35,660 nt of DNA. It comes from Bacteriovoracaceae bacterium. Lineage in GTDB: Bacteria; Bdellovibrionota; UBA2428. The translations under genes were made by a program, and so were the position numbers. Below the pieces are notes generated by a model that saw only the letters and a program-made list of their open reading frames with translations, had not been told where the DNA came from and did no database searches. Numbering within the stretch: position 1 is the first letter of the stretch; the number at the start of each line of letters is the position of its first letter. The DNA lies in assembly GCA_947467125.1 (NCBI GenBank), contig CANIGN010000003.1, positions 1-35,660 of the forward strand, given 5' to 3'. Shown here piece after piece: positions 8,522-18,181 of this stretch.

Positions 8522-9241
8522 ATGAATAATCGTTACGAAGAAATTCTTCAGGCATTAGGTGGCTCCGCCAACCTTCCCCAAATCGATGCTTGTATTTCAC
8601 GCCTCAGAGCGACCGTACAAGATACAAAACTTGTAAATGAATCTATTCTCAAATCTTTAGGCGCTGAAGAAGTCATCGTCGCGGGCAACAATGTTCAATC
8701 TATTTTCGGAGCCGAATCAGATCATATTCGTGAAGAAATTCAAAAACTTATAGGGAGTAACCCCACTGTGAAAATCAATCGTCAAATTATTCTTGGCTCC
8801 CCCATAAGCGGAAAAGTCCTCACTCTTTCAGAAGTCCCCGATAAAGTTTTTTCTGAAAAAATTCTTGGCGATGGATTTGCCATTGAACCAACTGAAGGAA
8901 AAGTCATCGCTCCTGTTGATGGAACGATTGTCAATATTTTCAAAACTGGCCACGCTTTGGGACTCGAAACAGAAACAGGTGTTGAAATTCTCATTCACGT
9001 GGGAATCGATACCGTAAAAATGAACGGCGATGGTTTTGAAGCTCTCGTCCTTTACGGTCAAAAAGTAAAAGCTGGACAAGAACTTATTCGCTTTGACCTC
9101 GAAAAAGTTCGAAGCCAAGCAACCTCTACAATTAGCCCTGTCGTTATTACGAACATGGATCGCGTTCTTCAAATTCACAAAAAAGGATTAGAAACAGCTC
9201 AAGCCGGACAAGAAATCGTCAGCTTAGAATTGAATATTTAA
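8522..9241 (+). CDS. PTS glucose-family EIIB-EIIA fusion (no EIIC)
   Basis: N-terminal EIIB (ALGG..N, DACISRLR with the phospho-Cys); C-terminal EIIA (VPDKVFSEKILGDGFAI, HALG, LIHVGIDTV). No TM segments. Confidence 0.92.
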   Translation: MNNRYEEILQALGGSANLPQIDACISRLRATVQDTKLVNESILKSLGAEEVIVAGNNVQSIFGAESDHIREEIQKLIGSNPTVKINRQIILGSPISGKVLTLSEVPDKVFSEKILGDGFAIEPTEGKVIAPVDGTIVNIFKTGHALGLETETGVEILIHVGIDTVKMNGDGFEALVLYGQKVKAGQELIRFDLEKVRSQATSTISPVVITNMDRVLQIHKKGLETAQAGQEIVSLELNI

Positions 9242-9257
9242 AAAAAACTTAAAAGAT

Positions 9258-9527
9258 ATGACACTCGAAAAAACATTTAAACTTGAATCTCAAGACGGAC
9301 TCCACGCTCGACCTGCAGGCCTTTTTGTAAAATGCCTTGCACCTTACCAAGTCACTGTTGAAGTAGAGCTTCGTGGACAAAAAAAGAATGGGAAATCCAT
9401 CATGAGCCTCATGTCTCTCGGAGCTTCTCCCGGAGATGATCTTAAAATTACCGTAACAGGTAACGATGCCGACAGCGCTTTAAAATGTATTGAAGATCTG
9501 TTTGCAAAAAAATTCTCTGCTGAATAG
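9258..9527 (+). CDS. ptsH: Phosphocarrier protein HPr
   Basis: GLHARPA (His15) and KSIMSLMSLGA (Ser46); 89 aa. Confidence 0.96.
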   Translation: MTLEKTFKLESQDGLHARPAGLFVKCLAPYQVTVEVELRGQKKNGKSIMSLMSLGASPGDDLKITVTGNDADSALKCIEDLFAKKFSAE

Positions 9528-9537
9528 GTCGGTTGAA

Positions 9538-11232
9538 GTGCAAGTCCTCAAAGGAAAAGGTTCCTCTCCTGGTTTTGCGTTAGCGCCTGCCTTCATTCTT
9601 AAAAACACAAATCTTCAATTTTCGCATGAGCAGATATTCGATGACATCCACGAATCAAAACGCTGGAAGGCTGCGCACTCACAAGTCGTTCATGACCTGA
9701 GTGAACTTCAAAAAAAGTATTCTCAAAAAGGCCCCCAAGAAAGTGCTGAAATCGCTGAGGCCCACCTCATGATGGCTCAAGATCCAGAATGGATTTCAAA
9801 TATTGAAAGCTTCATGGGTCAAAAACATCAATGCGAATACTCGGTCAACAAAGCAAGCGAAGATTTCGCCAAAATGATCGAGTCTTTGGACGACCCCTAT
9901 CTTCGTCAACGTGCTCAAGACATACGTGATGTTGCGCGAAGAATTTTACGAGCTCTCGATGAACCCAATTCTCATGAAGAAAAAATAACGGGCGACCATA
10001 TTCTTGTTGCCGAAGACCTTCTTCCTTCTGAACTCCTTTCTCTTTACAGTCCTCAACTTAAAGGACTGGTTTTACAAAAAGGAAACCCTACTTCTCACAC
10101 AACCATTCTCGCTCGAACTTTTGAAATCCCTACCATTCTCACCGTGAATGGGGTTATGGAAAAAGTTCGCGCTCACGACGAAATCGCCGTGAGTGGAATG
10201 AGTGGCATCGTCACCATTAATCCAGACGCCTCCGAAAAGAAAAACATTCAAGATAAAATACAAAGAGACCTTTTTGAAAAAGAAGAATTAAAAAATTACA
10301 TCTCTGTTAAATCTGTTACTCGTGATGGCGTGGCCATTGAAGTTGCCTCCAACCTCAACAGCGCTCACGACTTAAATTTTGCTCTCGGAAAAGGCACCGA
10401 AGGAATCGGCCTCTTTCGTACCGAGTTTCTTTTGATGGATCGAAGCGCAGCTCCTAGCGAAGAAGAGCAGTACCAAGTTTATCGGAAAGTCATTGAATCT
10501 GTCTTTCCTCACAAAGCGATCATTCGAACTTTTGATATCGGTGGGGACAAGCAAGTGAATTATCTCAACTTGCCTAAAGAAGAAAATCCCTTTCTCGGCC
10601 TCAGAGGAATTCGCTATTGTCTTAAAAACATCGAACTCTTTAGAACTCAAATCAGAGCTCTTTTGCGAGCCGCTCAACACGGAAATCTCGGAATCATGAT
10701 TCCGATGGTGACCAAAGTAGAAGAAGTTTTGGAATTTAAAAACCTTCTTAAAAAGTTTCAAATCGAACTTTTAAACGAAGGAAAAAAACTCGAAAAATCT
10801 CCTGAAACGGGCATCATGATCGAAGTTCCCTCTGTGGCGATGATTGTCGATCAACTCGCTTCTCATCTTGATTTCTTTAGCATTGGAACCAACGATCTTG
10901 TTCAATACCTTTGTGCAGCAGATCGCATGAATAGCAACGTGGCTGATCTACACGACGCCTATCACCCTGCTGTTTTAAGAACGCTCAAATTGATTTCTGA
11001 TGGCGTCAAAAACACTTCTTGTTGGCTGGGAATGTGCGGAGAAATGGCTGCAAAATACGACTACCAGCCTCTTCTTTTGGCTCTTGGATTCAAAGAACTC
11101 AGCGTTTCTCCAGGCGCTGTCCTTCGAACTCGAAAGCAGATTCTTTCCCTCGACATGGAATCCTGCCACAAGATCCTTCAAAAGGCGCTTTTAGCAGACA
11201 GTTCCGAAAGCCTTAAAGCCGCGCTTTCTTAG
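9538..11232 (+). CDS. ptsI: PEP-protein phosphotransferase (PTS enzyme I)
   Basis: TSHTTILAR (phospho-His), GIGLFRTEF, RTFDIGGDK, EENPFLGLRGIR, FSIGTNDL, CGEMA. Start probably GTG 9538 rather than the track's 9490. Confidence 0.95.
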   Translation: MQVLKGKGSSPGFALAPAFILKNTNLQFSHEQIFDDIHESKRWKAAHSQVVHDLSELQKKYSQKGPQESAEIAEAHLMMAQDPEWISNIESFMGQKHQCEYSVNKASEDFAKMIESLDDPYLRQRAQDIRDVARRILRALDEPNSHEEKITGDHILVAEDLLPSELLSLYSPQLKGLVLQKGNPTSHTTILARTFEIPTILTVNGVMEKVRAHDEIAVSGMSGIVTINPDASEKKNIQDKIQRDLFEKEELKNYISVKSVTRDGVAIEVASNLNSAHDLNFALGKGTEGIGLFRTEFLLMDRSAAPSEEEQYQVYRKVIESVFPHKAIIRTFDIGGDKQVNYLNLPKEENPFLGLRGIRYCLKNIELFRTQIRALLRAAQHGNLGIMIPMVTKVEEVLEFKNLLKKFQIELLNEGKKLEKSPETGIMIEVPSVAMIVDQLASHLDFFSIGTNDLVQYLCAADRMNSNVADLHDAYHPAVLRTLKLISDGVKNTSCWLGMCGEMAAKYDYQPLLLALGFKELSVSPGAVLRTRKQILSLDMESCHKILQKALLADSSESLKAALS

Positions 11233-11266
11233 GCTTTTATCTCTCCTCCTCCGCCTCAATTCCCCC

Positions 11267-11295
11267 TTTACCCGCCCATGAAGCTAGTCTATGTT
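11267..11295 (+). promoter_or_regulatory. sigma70-type promoter of the rpsB operon
   Basis: TTTACC-N17-TATGTT immediately before the conserved leader motif. Confidence 0.45.
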
Positions 11296-11300
11296 CATTT

Positions 11301-11415
11301 GCACAACACACGCTGGGATAAAAATTGAAATAATCCGAGCGTTTGGATCAAGCCAAGCGGGCCTCCGCAAAAGCTTCCCAAGCGTTAAACTCAGCGGAGG
11401 AACATCGGATTATAG
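11301..11415 (+). ncRNA. rpsB 5' leader (t44 / S2 autoregulatory RNA)
   Basis: ACAACACACGCUG...CAGCGGAGG mirrors the E. coli ACACACG...CGUGGAGG signature. AUAAUCCGA (11330-38) is complementary to UCGGAUUAU (11405-13), at the position of the known pseudoknot. Confidence 0.75.
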
Positions 11416-11476
11416 AAAACAAAGTCGCAGCAAGATCGAAAGCTCAAGCATTAGCGAACTTAAAAAAGGAAAAAAC

Positions 11477-12337
11477 ATGGCTACACAAATCACAATGAAA
11501 GACCTCCTCGAGGCAGGCGTTCACTTCGGTCACCAAAAGAGCCGCTGGAACCCAAAAATGAAACCTTACATCTTCGGAGATCGTAACGGTATTTACATCA
11601 TCGACCTTCAAAAAACTGTTCTCTTAACTCGCGAAGCTTTAACATTCGTGACTCAACTTTCTGCAAAAGGAAAAAAAATCCTTTTCGTTGGAACAAAATC
11701 ACAATGTAAAGACGTCGTGAAAGAAGAAGCAGAACGCGCAGGTTGCCCTTACGTAACAGAGCGTTGGTTAGGTGGAACTCTTACGAACTTCCCCACTATT
11801 CAAACATGTCTCGATCAAATGCAACAAATGGACGACAAAATCAGCTCAGGAATGGCTGATCAATTGAGCGCGAAAGAGCGTTCTGCGTTCGACAAAGAAC
11901 ATGAGCGTCTCTTGCGTAACTTAGGGGGCGTTCGTCACATGAAAGACAAACCCGGCGCGATTTTCATTATCGATCCAATGAAAGAACACAACGCAGTTAA
12001 AGAAGCGAAGAAATTGGGAATTCCTATCATCGCGATCACAGATACAAACTGCGATCCAGATGACGTTAGTTTCGTGATTCCTGGTAACGACGACGCTCTT
12101 AAATCAATCAAGCTTTTTGCAGCAGCTGTTGCAGACGCTTTCCTTGATGGCGCTCGTATCCACGAAGAAAAAATCCGTGCTTTCTCTGACAAACGTGAAA
12201 GCGCTCCTGTAGCAGCAGCTCCTAGCGCTCCCGCTATCAGCAAACCTTCAGAAGAATCAACAACAACTGACCGCGAAGGCCGCACAATCAACGTTGAAAA
12301 ACGTCGCAGCATTCGTTCATCAGACGAAAACAACTAA
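11477..12337 (+). CDS. rpsB: 30S ribosomal protein S2
   Basis: MKDLLEAGVHFGH, WNPKM, RWLGGTLTN, DTNCDP, PGNDDA. True start is ATG 11477 after AAGGA; Ala/Pro-rich C-terminal tail. Confidence 0.98.
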   Translation: MATQITMKDLLEAGVHFGHQKSRWNPKMKPYIFGDRNGIYIIDLQKTVLLTREALTFVTQLSAKGKKILFVGTKSQCKDVVKEEAERAGCPYVTERWLGGTLTNFPTIQTCLDQMQQMDDKISSGMADQLSAKERSAFDKEHERLLRNLGGVRHMKDKPGAIFIIDPMKEHNAVKEAKKLGIPIIAITDTNCDPDDVSFVIPGNDDALKSIKLFAAAVADAFLDGARIHEEKIRAFSDKRESAPVAAAPSAPAISKPSEESTTTDREGRTINVEKRRSIRSSDENN

Positions 12338-12349
12338 GAGGAACAACAC

Positions 12350-13003
12350 ATGGCGATTACAGCATCATTAGTAAACGAACTCCGACAAAAAACCGGAGCC
12401 GGCATGATGGATTGCAAAAAAGCACTTGAAGAAAGTGCGGGCGATCTGGAAAAAGCTGTCGAAGTTCTTCGTAAAAAAGGACTTTCAGCGGCTGCTAAAA
12501 AAGCAGGTCGTATTGCAACAGAAGGAGCGATCGGTTCTTACATCCATATGGGTGGAAAAATCGGCGTTCTTTTAGAAATCAACTGTGAAACAGACTTCGT
12601 TTCTCAAAACGATATCTTTCAAGGTCTCGTAAAAGATATTTCTCTTCACATTGCAGCGAACAAACCACAGTACGTTCTTCCTGAAGAAATTCCTGCGGAT
12701 GTTCTTGCAAAAGAAAAAGAAATTGCACGCGACCAAGCTCTTCAGTCAGGAAAACCTGCTGCAGTGGCAGAAAAAATCGTCGAAGGAAAGATCCTCAAGT
12801 ACTACGACGAAGTTTGCTTAATGAATCAAGCTTACCTCAAAGATCCCGAGAAAAAAGTATCCACAATTATCCAAGAAATGGTTGCTAAAATCGGTGAAAA
12901 CATCAAGGTGCGTCGCTTCGTTCGCTGGGAACTCGGTGAAGGCCTTGAGAAAAAATCAAATGATTTTGCAGCAGAGGTAGCAGCACAGGCAGGGTTGAAT
13001 TAG
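12350..13003 (+). CDS. tsf: Elongation factor Ts (short form)
   Basis: [31 protein letters not shown]; 217 aa; GAGG RBS. Confidence 0.98.
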   Translation: MAITASLVNELRQKTGAGMMDCKKALEESAGDLEKAVEVLRKKGLSAAAKKAGRIATEGAIGSYIHMGGKIGVLLEINCETDFVSQNDIFQGLVKDISLHIAANKPQYVLPEEIPADVLAKEKEIARDQALQSGKPAAVAEKIVEGKILKYYDEVCLMNQAYLKDPEKKVSTIIQEMVAKIGENIKVRRFVRWELGEGLEKKSNDFAAEVAAQAGLN

Positions 13004-13016
13004 CATAAAGTCTGTA

Positions 13017-13856
13017 ATGACACCTGCGACTCAGAAAACAGCTTATAAACGAATCTTACTCAAACTCTCTGGTGAAGCCTTAGCAGGCAAAAGAGAGTTT
13101 GGGCTCGATTCTGCAACCCTCGATTTTATGGCCGAACAAATTAGAGCTGTAAGAGAGATGGGCATTCAAGTCGCCGTCGTCGTCGGCGGTGGCAATATCT
13201 TTCGCGGAATTCAAGGATCAGAAAAAGGCATGGATCGCTCAACGGGCGATTACATGGGAATGCTTGCAACAGTGATCAACGCTCTTGCTCTGCAAGATGC
13301 TCTTGAGCGCCACAACATCGATACGCGCGTGCAAAGTGCGATTCGCATGGAGCAAGTGGTAGAGCCGTACATTCGTCGTCGCGCCACTCGCCACCTTGAA
13401 AAAGATCGTGTGGTTATTTTTGCAAGTGGAACAGGTAATCCTTACTTTTCAACAGACACTGCGGCTGCTTTGAGAGCCATGGAAGTTGAAGCTGATATTC
13501 TTGTAAAAGCCACCAACGTCGATGGTGTTTATGATTCTGATCCACGAAAAAACGTCAAAGCCAAACTTCTCAAAAACATCAATTACATCGACGTCCTCAA
13601 TCGTAATTTAAAAGTTATGGATAGTACGGCGATTAGTTTGTGTATGGATAACAAACTTCCCATTCACGTTCTCAACATTCGCACTCCCAATGCGATTGCC
13701 GAATTTTTAAAAGGCAAAAAAGTGGGAACAACCATCACAGTCGACTGCAAGAGTGATTTCGATGGCGAAAATGACTACACTGGAAAGAACGCTTCTTCGA
13801 GTGTTCACAAAAAACAAACCTCAAAAGAGCCTGCAAAGGCGAGGAGAAAAAAATGA
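13017..13856 (+). CDS. pyrH: UMP kinase
   Basis: [40 protein letters not shown]; about 35 extra C-terminal residues. Confidence 0.98.
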   Translation: MTPATQKTAYKRILLKLSGEALAGKREFGLDSATLDFMAEQIRAVREMGIQVAVVVGGGNIFRGIQGSEKGMDRSTGDYMGMLATVINALALQDALERHNIDTRVQSAIRMEQVVEPYIRRRATRHLEKDRVVIFASGTGNPYFSTDTAAALRAMEVEADILVKATNVDGVYDSDPRKNVKAKLLKNINYIDVLNRNLKVMDSTAISLCMDNKLPIHVLNIRTPNAIAEFLKGKKVGTTITVDCKSDFDGENDYTGKNASSSVHKKQTSKEPAKARRKK

Positions 13857-14413
13857 GCGAAGAAACAGTTAAAATTACAATTCAAGATACCCGTGAAAAA
13901 ATGGATAAGTCCGTTCAGGCTCTTAAGAACGAACTTGTTAAAATTCGCACAGGAAGAGCAAGCCCCTCACTCGTCGATAGCGTTCGAGTAGACTATTACG
14001 GCACGCCCACTCCCCTCAAACAAATTGCTCAAGTGGCAGTACCCGACGCTAAAACATTACAAATTTCTTGCTGGGATCAGAGCGCTATTCCTTTGGTGGA
14101 AAAAGCTATCGTTGCAGCAAACATTGGACTTACTCCGCAAGTAGACGGCAAGTTAATTCGCCTCAACATTCCTGCTTTGAGCGAAGACAGACGTAAAGAA
14201 ATCGTGAAAACGGTCAAAAAACTTGGCGAAGATTGCAAAGTTCACGTTCGAAATGCTCGTCGTGACGCAAACGAAATCATCAAAAATGACAAAAGCCTTG
14301 GTGAAGATCTTCAAAAGAAAAACCAAGATCAAATTCAAAAATTAACTGACGAATGCACGACTCAAGTCGATGCCATTATCGAAGCAAAGAGCAAAGAGGT
14401 GCTCACAGTTTGA
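13853..14413 (+). CDS. frr: Ribosome recycling factor
   Basis: [33 protein letters not shown]. Confidence 0.98.
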   Translation: MSEETVKITIQDTREKMDKSVQALKNELVKIRTGRASPSLVDSVRVDYYGTPTPLKQIAQVAVPDAKTLQISCWDQSAIPLVEKAIVAANIGLTPQVDGKLIRLNIPALSEDRRKEIVKTVKKLGEDCKVHVRNARRDANEIIKNDKSLGEDLQKKNQDQIQKLTDECTTQVDAIIEAKSKEVLTV

Positions 14414-15186
14414 GCTCACCTAAAGCGCTTTGGCCTCAGCACGTGGGCATCATCATGGATGGAAACGGTCGCTGGGCGAACACTCGTGGCTGGAAGAGAG
14501 TTCAAGGACACATTCAAGGCGCAGACCTTGTTATGTCTGTTGTAGAAGAAGCCATTTCTCTAAATCTCAAAGCGCTTTCTCTTTTTTGTTTTTCAACTGA
14601 AAACTGGAAACGACCAGATGATGAAGTCAACTTCCTCATGGATTTGATGTACAAGTTTGCGGAATCCCAAATGGAGAGAATGCACAAACTCAACATCAAG
14701 ATTCGTGTGTTTGGACAATACCATCGAGCCCCTGAAAGACTCAGAAAACAACTCGATATTGCTTCTGAACTTACCAAAAACAATACAGGCCTTTCGCTTA
14801 ACTTTTTAGTGAGCTACGGCGGCCGACTCGACATTCTAAAGGCCGCTCAAGAAACAGCCACTCTTGTTCAAGAAGGCAAGATCAAGCCCGAAGACATTAC
14901 AGAAGAACTTTTCTCTCAGCATCTTTATACCAAAGACGTGATTGATCCCGATTTGATCATTCGAACAAGCGGTGAATTTAGAATTTCCAACTTTATGCTT
15001 TGGCAATCAGCCTATGCTGAATTTTATGTCATTGATAAACTTTGGCCTGAGTTTAAACGCGAAGACTTACGAAAAGCGTGCGAATATTTTTCAAATAGAG
15101 ATAGACGGTTTGGCGGAGTGAATACCACCACAAATCAACCAACTTCTTTACAAGACCCCAAAAAAGAAACGCCTCCTCATGTCTAA
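14410..15186 (+). CDS. uppS: Undecaprenyl diphosphate synthase
   Basis: HVGIIMDGNGRWA, FSTENWKRP, YGGR, DLIIRTSGEFRISNF, RRFGG. Probable TTG start at 14410 overlapping the frr stop. Confidence 0.96.
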   Translation: MSSPKALWPQHVGIIMDGNGRWANTRGWKRVQGHIQGADLVMSVVEEAISLNLKALSLFCFSTENWKRPDDEVNFLMDLMYKFAESQMERMHKLNIKIRVFGQYHRAPERLRKQLDIASELTKNNTGLSLNFLVSYGGRLDILKAAQETATLVQEGKIKPEDITEELFSQHLYTKDVIDPDLIIRTSGEFRISNFMLWQSAYAEFYVIDKLWPEFKREDLRKACEYFSNRDRRFGGVNTTTNQPTSLQDPKKETPPHV

Positions 15187-16030
15187 AGAAACGAGAACAC
15201 GTACACTTGTAGGAATCATCCTTGCCGGACTTGCTCTTTGGATGCTTTTTGGAATGAATCCCAAAATCCTTGTGGGAGTTTTATGTATCTGTTCTTTTAT
15301 TGCGTGGTTTGAATATCTTAAAATCTTCAACTTCCCTCCCCGCTCACTCAAAAGCGTTGCAGGAGTTGTTGCTATCAATCTTTCTATTGTTGATTCCTTT
15401 TTATCGAACGCTGTTCACATACGATGGGTTTACATATTCTGGGTTCTTTCGCTTGTGTTTCTTGTCATTGACTCCACTTCGATTGTTCAAAAAAAACCTC
15501 AAAGCAAACCCCTCTCAACACTTCTTAACGAGCAAACTTTTTATTTTGCAGGACTTCTCTACATCTTTTTTCTTTCTGCTTTTTTTGGACCCCTTCTTCA
15601 AAATGCAAAAGCCCCCTATGGAAAAGGCGTTATCTTACTCACTTTTGTCATTGTCTTTGGAAGCGATGTTTGTGCTTATTTTATCGGTCGCCGCTATGGA
15701 ACCCGTCCCTTATGGCCCATTGTTTCTCCCAAAAAAACTATCGAAGGTGCCCTTGCGGGTCTTGCTGGTTCTTGGATTTTTGCGGCAATTTTTACAATTC
15801 TCTGGCACGCCTACGATCAAGCTCCCATACCCTTTAGCAAAATAGTCTTTTTCACTCTTTTTGCAGCTCCCCTTGCTCAAGGTGGAGACTTTTTTGAAAG
15901 TTTTTTCAAACGTGTTTCAGGAGTGAAAGATTCAGGCGACCTGATTCCTGGTCACGGCGGAATTTTAGACCGAATTGACGGACTCGCGTTTACTCTTCCT
16001 CTCGCTTATTTTATTTTCGTTCAAAGTTAA
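15179..16030 (+). CDS. cdsA: Phosphatidate cytidylyltransferase
   Basis: Polytopic membrane protein; SPKKTIEG, GDFFESFFKR..GVKDSG.LIPGHGGILDRID. Confidence 0.96.
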   Translation: MSKETRTRTLVGIILAGLALWMLFGMNPKILVGVLCICSFIAWFEYLKIFNFPPRSLKSVAGVVAINLSIVDSFLSNAVHIRWVYIFWVLSLVFLVIDSTSIVQKKPQSKPLSTLLNEQTFYFAGLLYIFFLSAFFGPLLQNAKAPYGKGVILLTFVIVFGSDVCAYFIGRRYGTRPLWPIVSPKKTIEGALAGLAGSWIFAAIFTILWHAYDQAPIPFSKIVFFTLFAAPLAQGGDFFESFFKRVSGVKDSGDLIPGHGGILDRIDGLAFTLPLAYFIFVQS

Positions 16031-16080
16031 TTTATACTTTCACGAATAGACACGCTATATTCATATGAGAGGATAATCAC

Positions 16081-17769
16081 ATGCTTTACTACATAGCTGG
16101 CATCATGCTTTTGCTCGGAATCTTAGTTTTCATTCACGAATTTGGACACTTCTACGTGGCAAAGCTTTGTGGAATGAAAGTCAAAACTTTCTCCATCGGA
16201 ATGGGGCCTAAGCTCTTTAAATTTACTCGAGGCGAAACAGAGTATGCTCTCAGCCTGATTCCCTTTGGCGGATATGTAAATATCATGGGACAAGATCCCC
16301 AAGAAGACGTTCCGGAGAATGAAAAACATCGCAGTTTTTCTAAAATGCCTCTCCTCAAACGCTTTGCCGTGGTGATTGCAGGACCGACTGCAAATTTTAT
16401 TCTGACCTTTTTGGTTTTCTGGCTTCTTTTTACAAAAGGATTTCCTTCACCCAGTGCGACCATACATTTTATTCAACCTAACAGCCCCGCTGCACAAGCA
16501 GGAATCATTGCTGGAGACAAAATCCTGAGTATTCAAAGTGAGCAAGCTCAGCAAGAGATTCGAGAACTTTCTGATCTTCAAAGATTTTTAAGAACAAGCA
16601 AAGAAAGTCTCTTTAAATTAAAGATTGAACGAGAAGGAAAAACTCAAGAATTAAGCCTTCAAGGACAAATGGGTAAAATGAGCGATTCTCTTTCTGGAAT
16701 TGACAGGGAATCAGTCACTCTTCCAGGTGCAGAATTTCAATCACACCCTCCTATTTTTGCGGTTCAAAAAAAATCACCGCTTTCAAAAAAATACTCAAAA
16801 AACTTCTTTATCGTAGAAGCTTTGAAAGTTGGAGAACAAAAAACTGAAATCGATTCAATCTACCAATTAGAAAACGCTTGGAAACAAAACAAAGACCAAA
16901 AACAAAACCTCTCTCTTATTGTTCACTTCTTAGACGCTCAAAACGAAAAAGAAGCCGAAGCTGAAACACTTGAAATTGGTGTGCCTTCTAGCGACACTCT
17001 CAGCAGCTACGGCTTTGTTCCTGCCCACTTGATGATCACTCAGATTCTTGAAGGCTCAGCAGCTGATAAGCTTGGCCTCAAAAAAGGTGACATCCTTAAA
17101 GAACTCAACCAACAGCCCCTTTGGACTTTTAGTCAATTTAGAAATCGACTCCAAGAAGTTTCCTCTTCTCATCAAAGTTTAAATCTGAAATGGGTAAGAG
17201 ACGGAGAACTCAAAGAGGGATCTTTCACACCTCAATATGTTGAAAATGAAAATCCCATTACACAAGTTAAAGAAAAAAAGTTTCAATTAGGCGCGATGTT
17301 TGTAGGCTTTAGTGAAGCTTCTTTTGAAAAAGTAAAAGCCAAGAACCTCATGGATGGAATTCGCCTCTCTGCTACCAAAACATGGAACATGTCGGCCTCT
17401 ATTCTTGAAAGTTTTGTCTTTTTGGCAACGGGCAAAGTTTCAGTCAAAGCCATGGGCGGGCCCGTTATGATTGGAAAGATTGCAGGCGATAGCTTGAGAC
17501 TAGGCTTTGACTCTTTCATGAAAATGCTTGCCTTCATTTCTCTCAACCTCTGTATTCTCAACCTTATGCCGCTTCCTGTTCTCGATGGTGGGCACATAGT
17601 GCTTTTCGCAATAGAGGGAATTATTCGCAGACCGATTCCTTCTAAAATTATTGAAGGATGGGCGACCGTTGGCGCGTTTATGTTGATTGGACTCGCTCTC
17701 TTTGTAACGTTCAACGATTTGTCCAAATTGAATTTCTTGTCTCATATCTTAAAACTTTTTGGAAAGTAA
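16081..17769 (+). CDS. rseP: RIP metalloprotease RseP (M50) with PDZ domains
   Basis: HEFGH, IPFGGYV, AGP.AN, PDZ motifs (NSPAAQAGI..GDKI; GSAADKLGL..GDIL), NLMPLPVLDGG; GAGGA RBS. Confidence 0.95.
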   Translation: MLYYIAGIMLLLGILVFIHEFGHFYVAKLCGMKVKTFSIGMGPKLFKFTRGETEYALSLIPFGGYVNIMGQDPQEDVPENEKHRSFSKMPLLKRFAVVIAGPTANFILTFLVFWLLFTKGFPSPSATIHFIQPNSPAAQAGIIAGDKILSIQSEQAQQEIRELSDLQRFLRTSKESLFKLKIEREGKTQELSLQGQMGKMSDSLSGIDRESVTLPGAEFQSHPPIFAVQKKSPLSKKYSKNFFIVEALKVGEQKTEIDSIYQLENAWKQNKDQKQNLSLIVHFLDAQNEKEAEAETLEIGVPSSDTLSSYGFVPAHLMITQILEGSAADKLGLKKGDILKELNQQPLWTFSQFRNRLQEVSSSHQSLNLKWVRDGELKEGSFTPQYVENENPITQVKEKKFQLGAMFVGFSEASFEKVKAKNLMDGIRLSATKTWNMSASILESFVFLATGKVSVKAMGGPVMIGKIAGDSLRLGFDSFMKMLAFISLNLCILNLMPLPVLDGGHIVLFAIEGIIRRPIPSKIIEGWATVGAFMLIGLALFVTFNDLSKLNFLSHILKLFGK

Positions 17770-17770
17770 G

Positions 17771-18181
17771 ATGTCGATTCTGGGTTTGGATTGGGGAGCC
17801 CGCTTTGTTGGCTTTGCAACAGCAAGTCCAGATGGCCTTGTGATTACTCCTCGAGGATTTTTCGAAAGAAAAGTTCCTAAGGATAAAATATGGCAACTTT
17901 TTCAAAAAGATTTAGTTGAATTAAAAAAGATTGTCTCTGATTGGGAGATTGAAAAAATAATCCTTGGACTGCCCCTTACGAATTCCCCTCACTCGGAGGA
18001 AACTTCCTCAAAGGTGTCTGCCCTCGCAGAACAACTCTCTCTACAGCTTCAAATTCCCGTACAAATGGTAGACGAACATCTTACAAGCTGGGAAGCCAAG
18101 CAATCCACTCACAACGAACACGCTCAAGCAGCTGCTTTGATTTTAAAAAACTACTTCCATGAAAAGGAAAAAAAGATATGA
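17771..18181 (+). CDS. ruvX: YqgF/RuvX family RNase H-fold nuclease (pre-16S rRNA nuclease)
   Basis: ILGLDWG...GFA, IILGLP, VDEHLTS, AAALIL; conserved pairing with mltG. Start is ATG 17771. Confidence 0.88.
   Translation: MSILGLDWGARFVGFATASPDGLVITPRGFFERKVPKDKIWQLFQKDLVELKKIVSDWEIEKIILGLPLTNSPHSEETSSKVSALAEQLSLQLQIPVQMVDEHLTSWEAKQSTHNEHAQAAALILKNYFHEKEKKI

Noticed and set aside
8490-8525. gaatacg direct repeat and in-frame continuation after the glucoamylase TAG to a TGA overlapping the EIIBA ATG
   Set aside because: Too short to support readthrough, a regulatory site or an EIIC remnant. The GH15 domain is already complete before the TAG.
11291-11476. 62-aa N-terminal extension of S2 in the ORF track
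   Set aside because: This region is the t44 leader. The SD and the conserved S2 N-terminus place the start at 11477.
12350-13003. EF-Ts appears truncated (217 aa versus ~283 in E. coli)
   Set aside because: The short EF-Ts form is well known in Thermus, cyanobacteria and many deltaproteobacteria-like lineages.
15270-15845. 191-aa alternative-frame ORF inside cdsA, plus the many 60-170 aa antisense or shifted ORFs
   Set aside because: All overlap well-supported genes and show no motifs; they are shadow ORFs.
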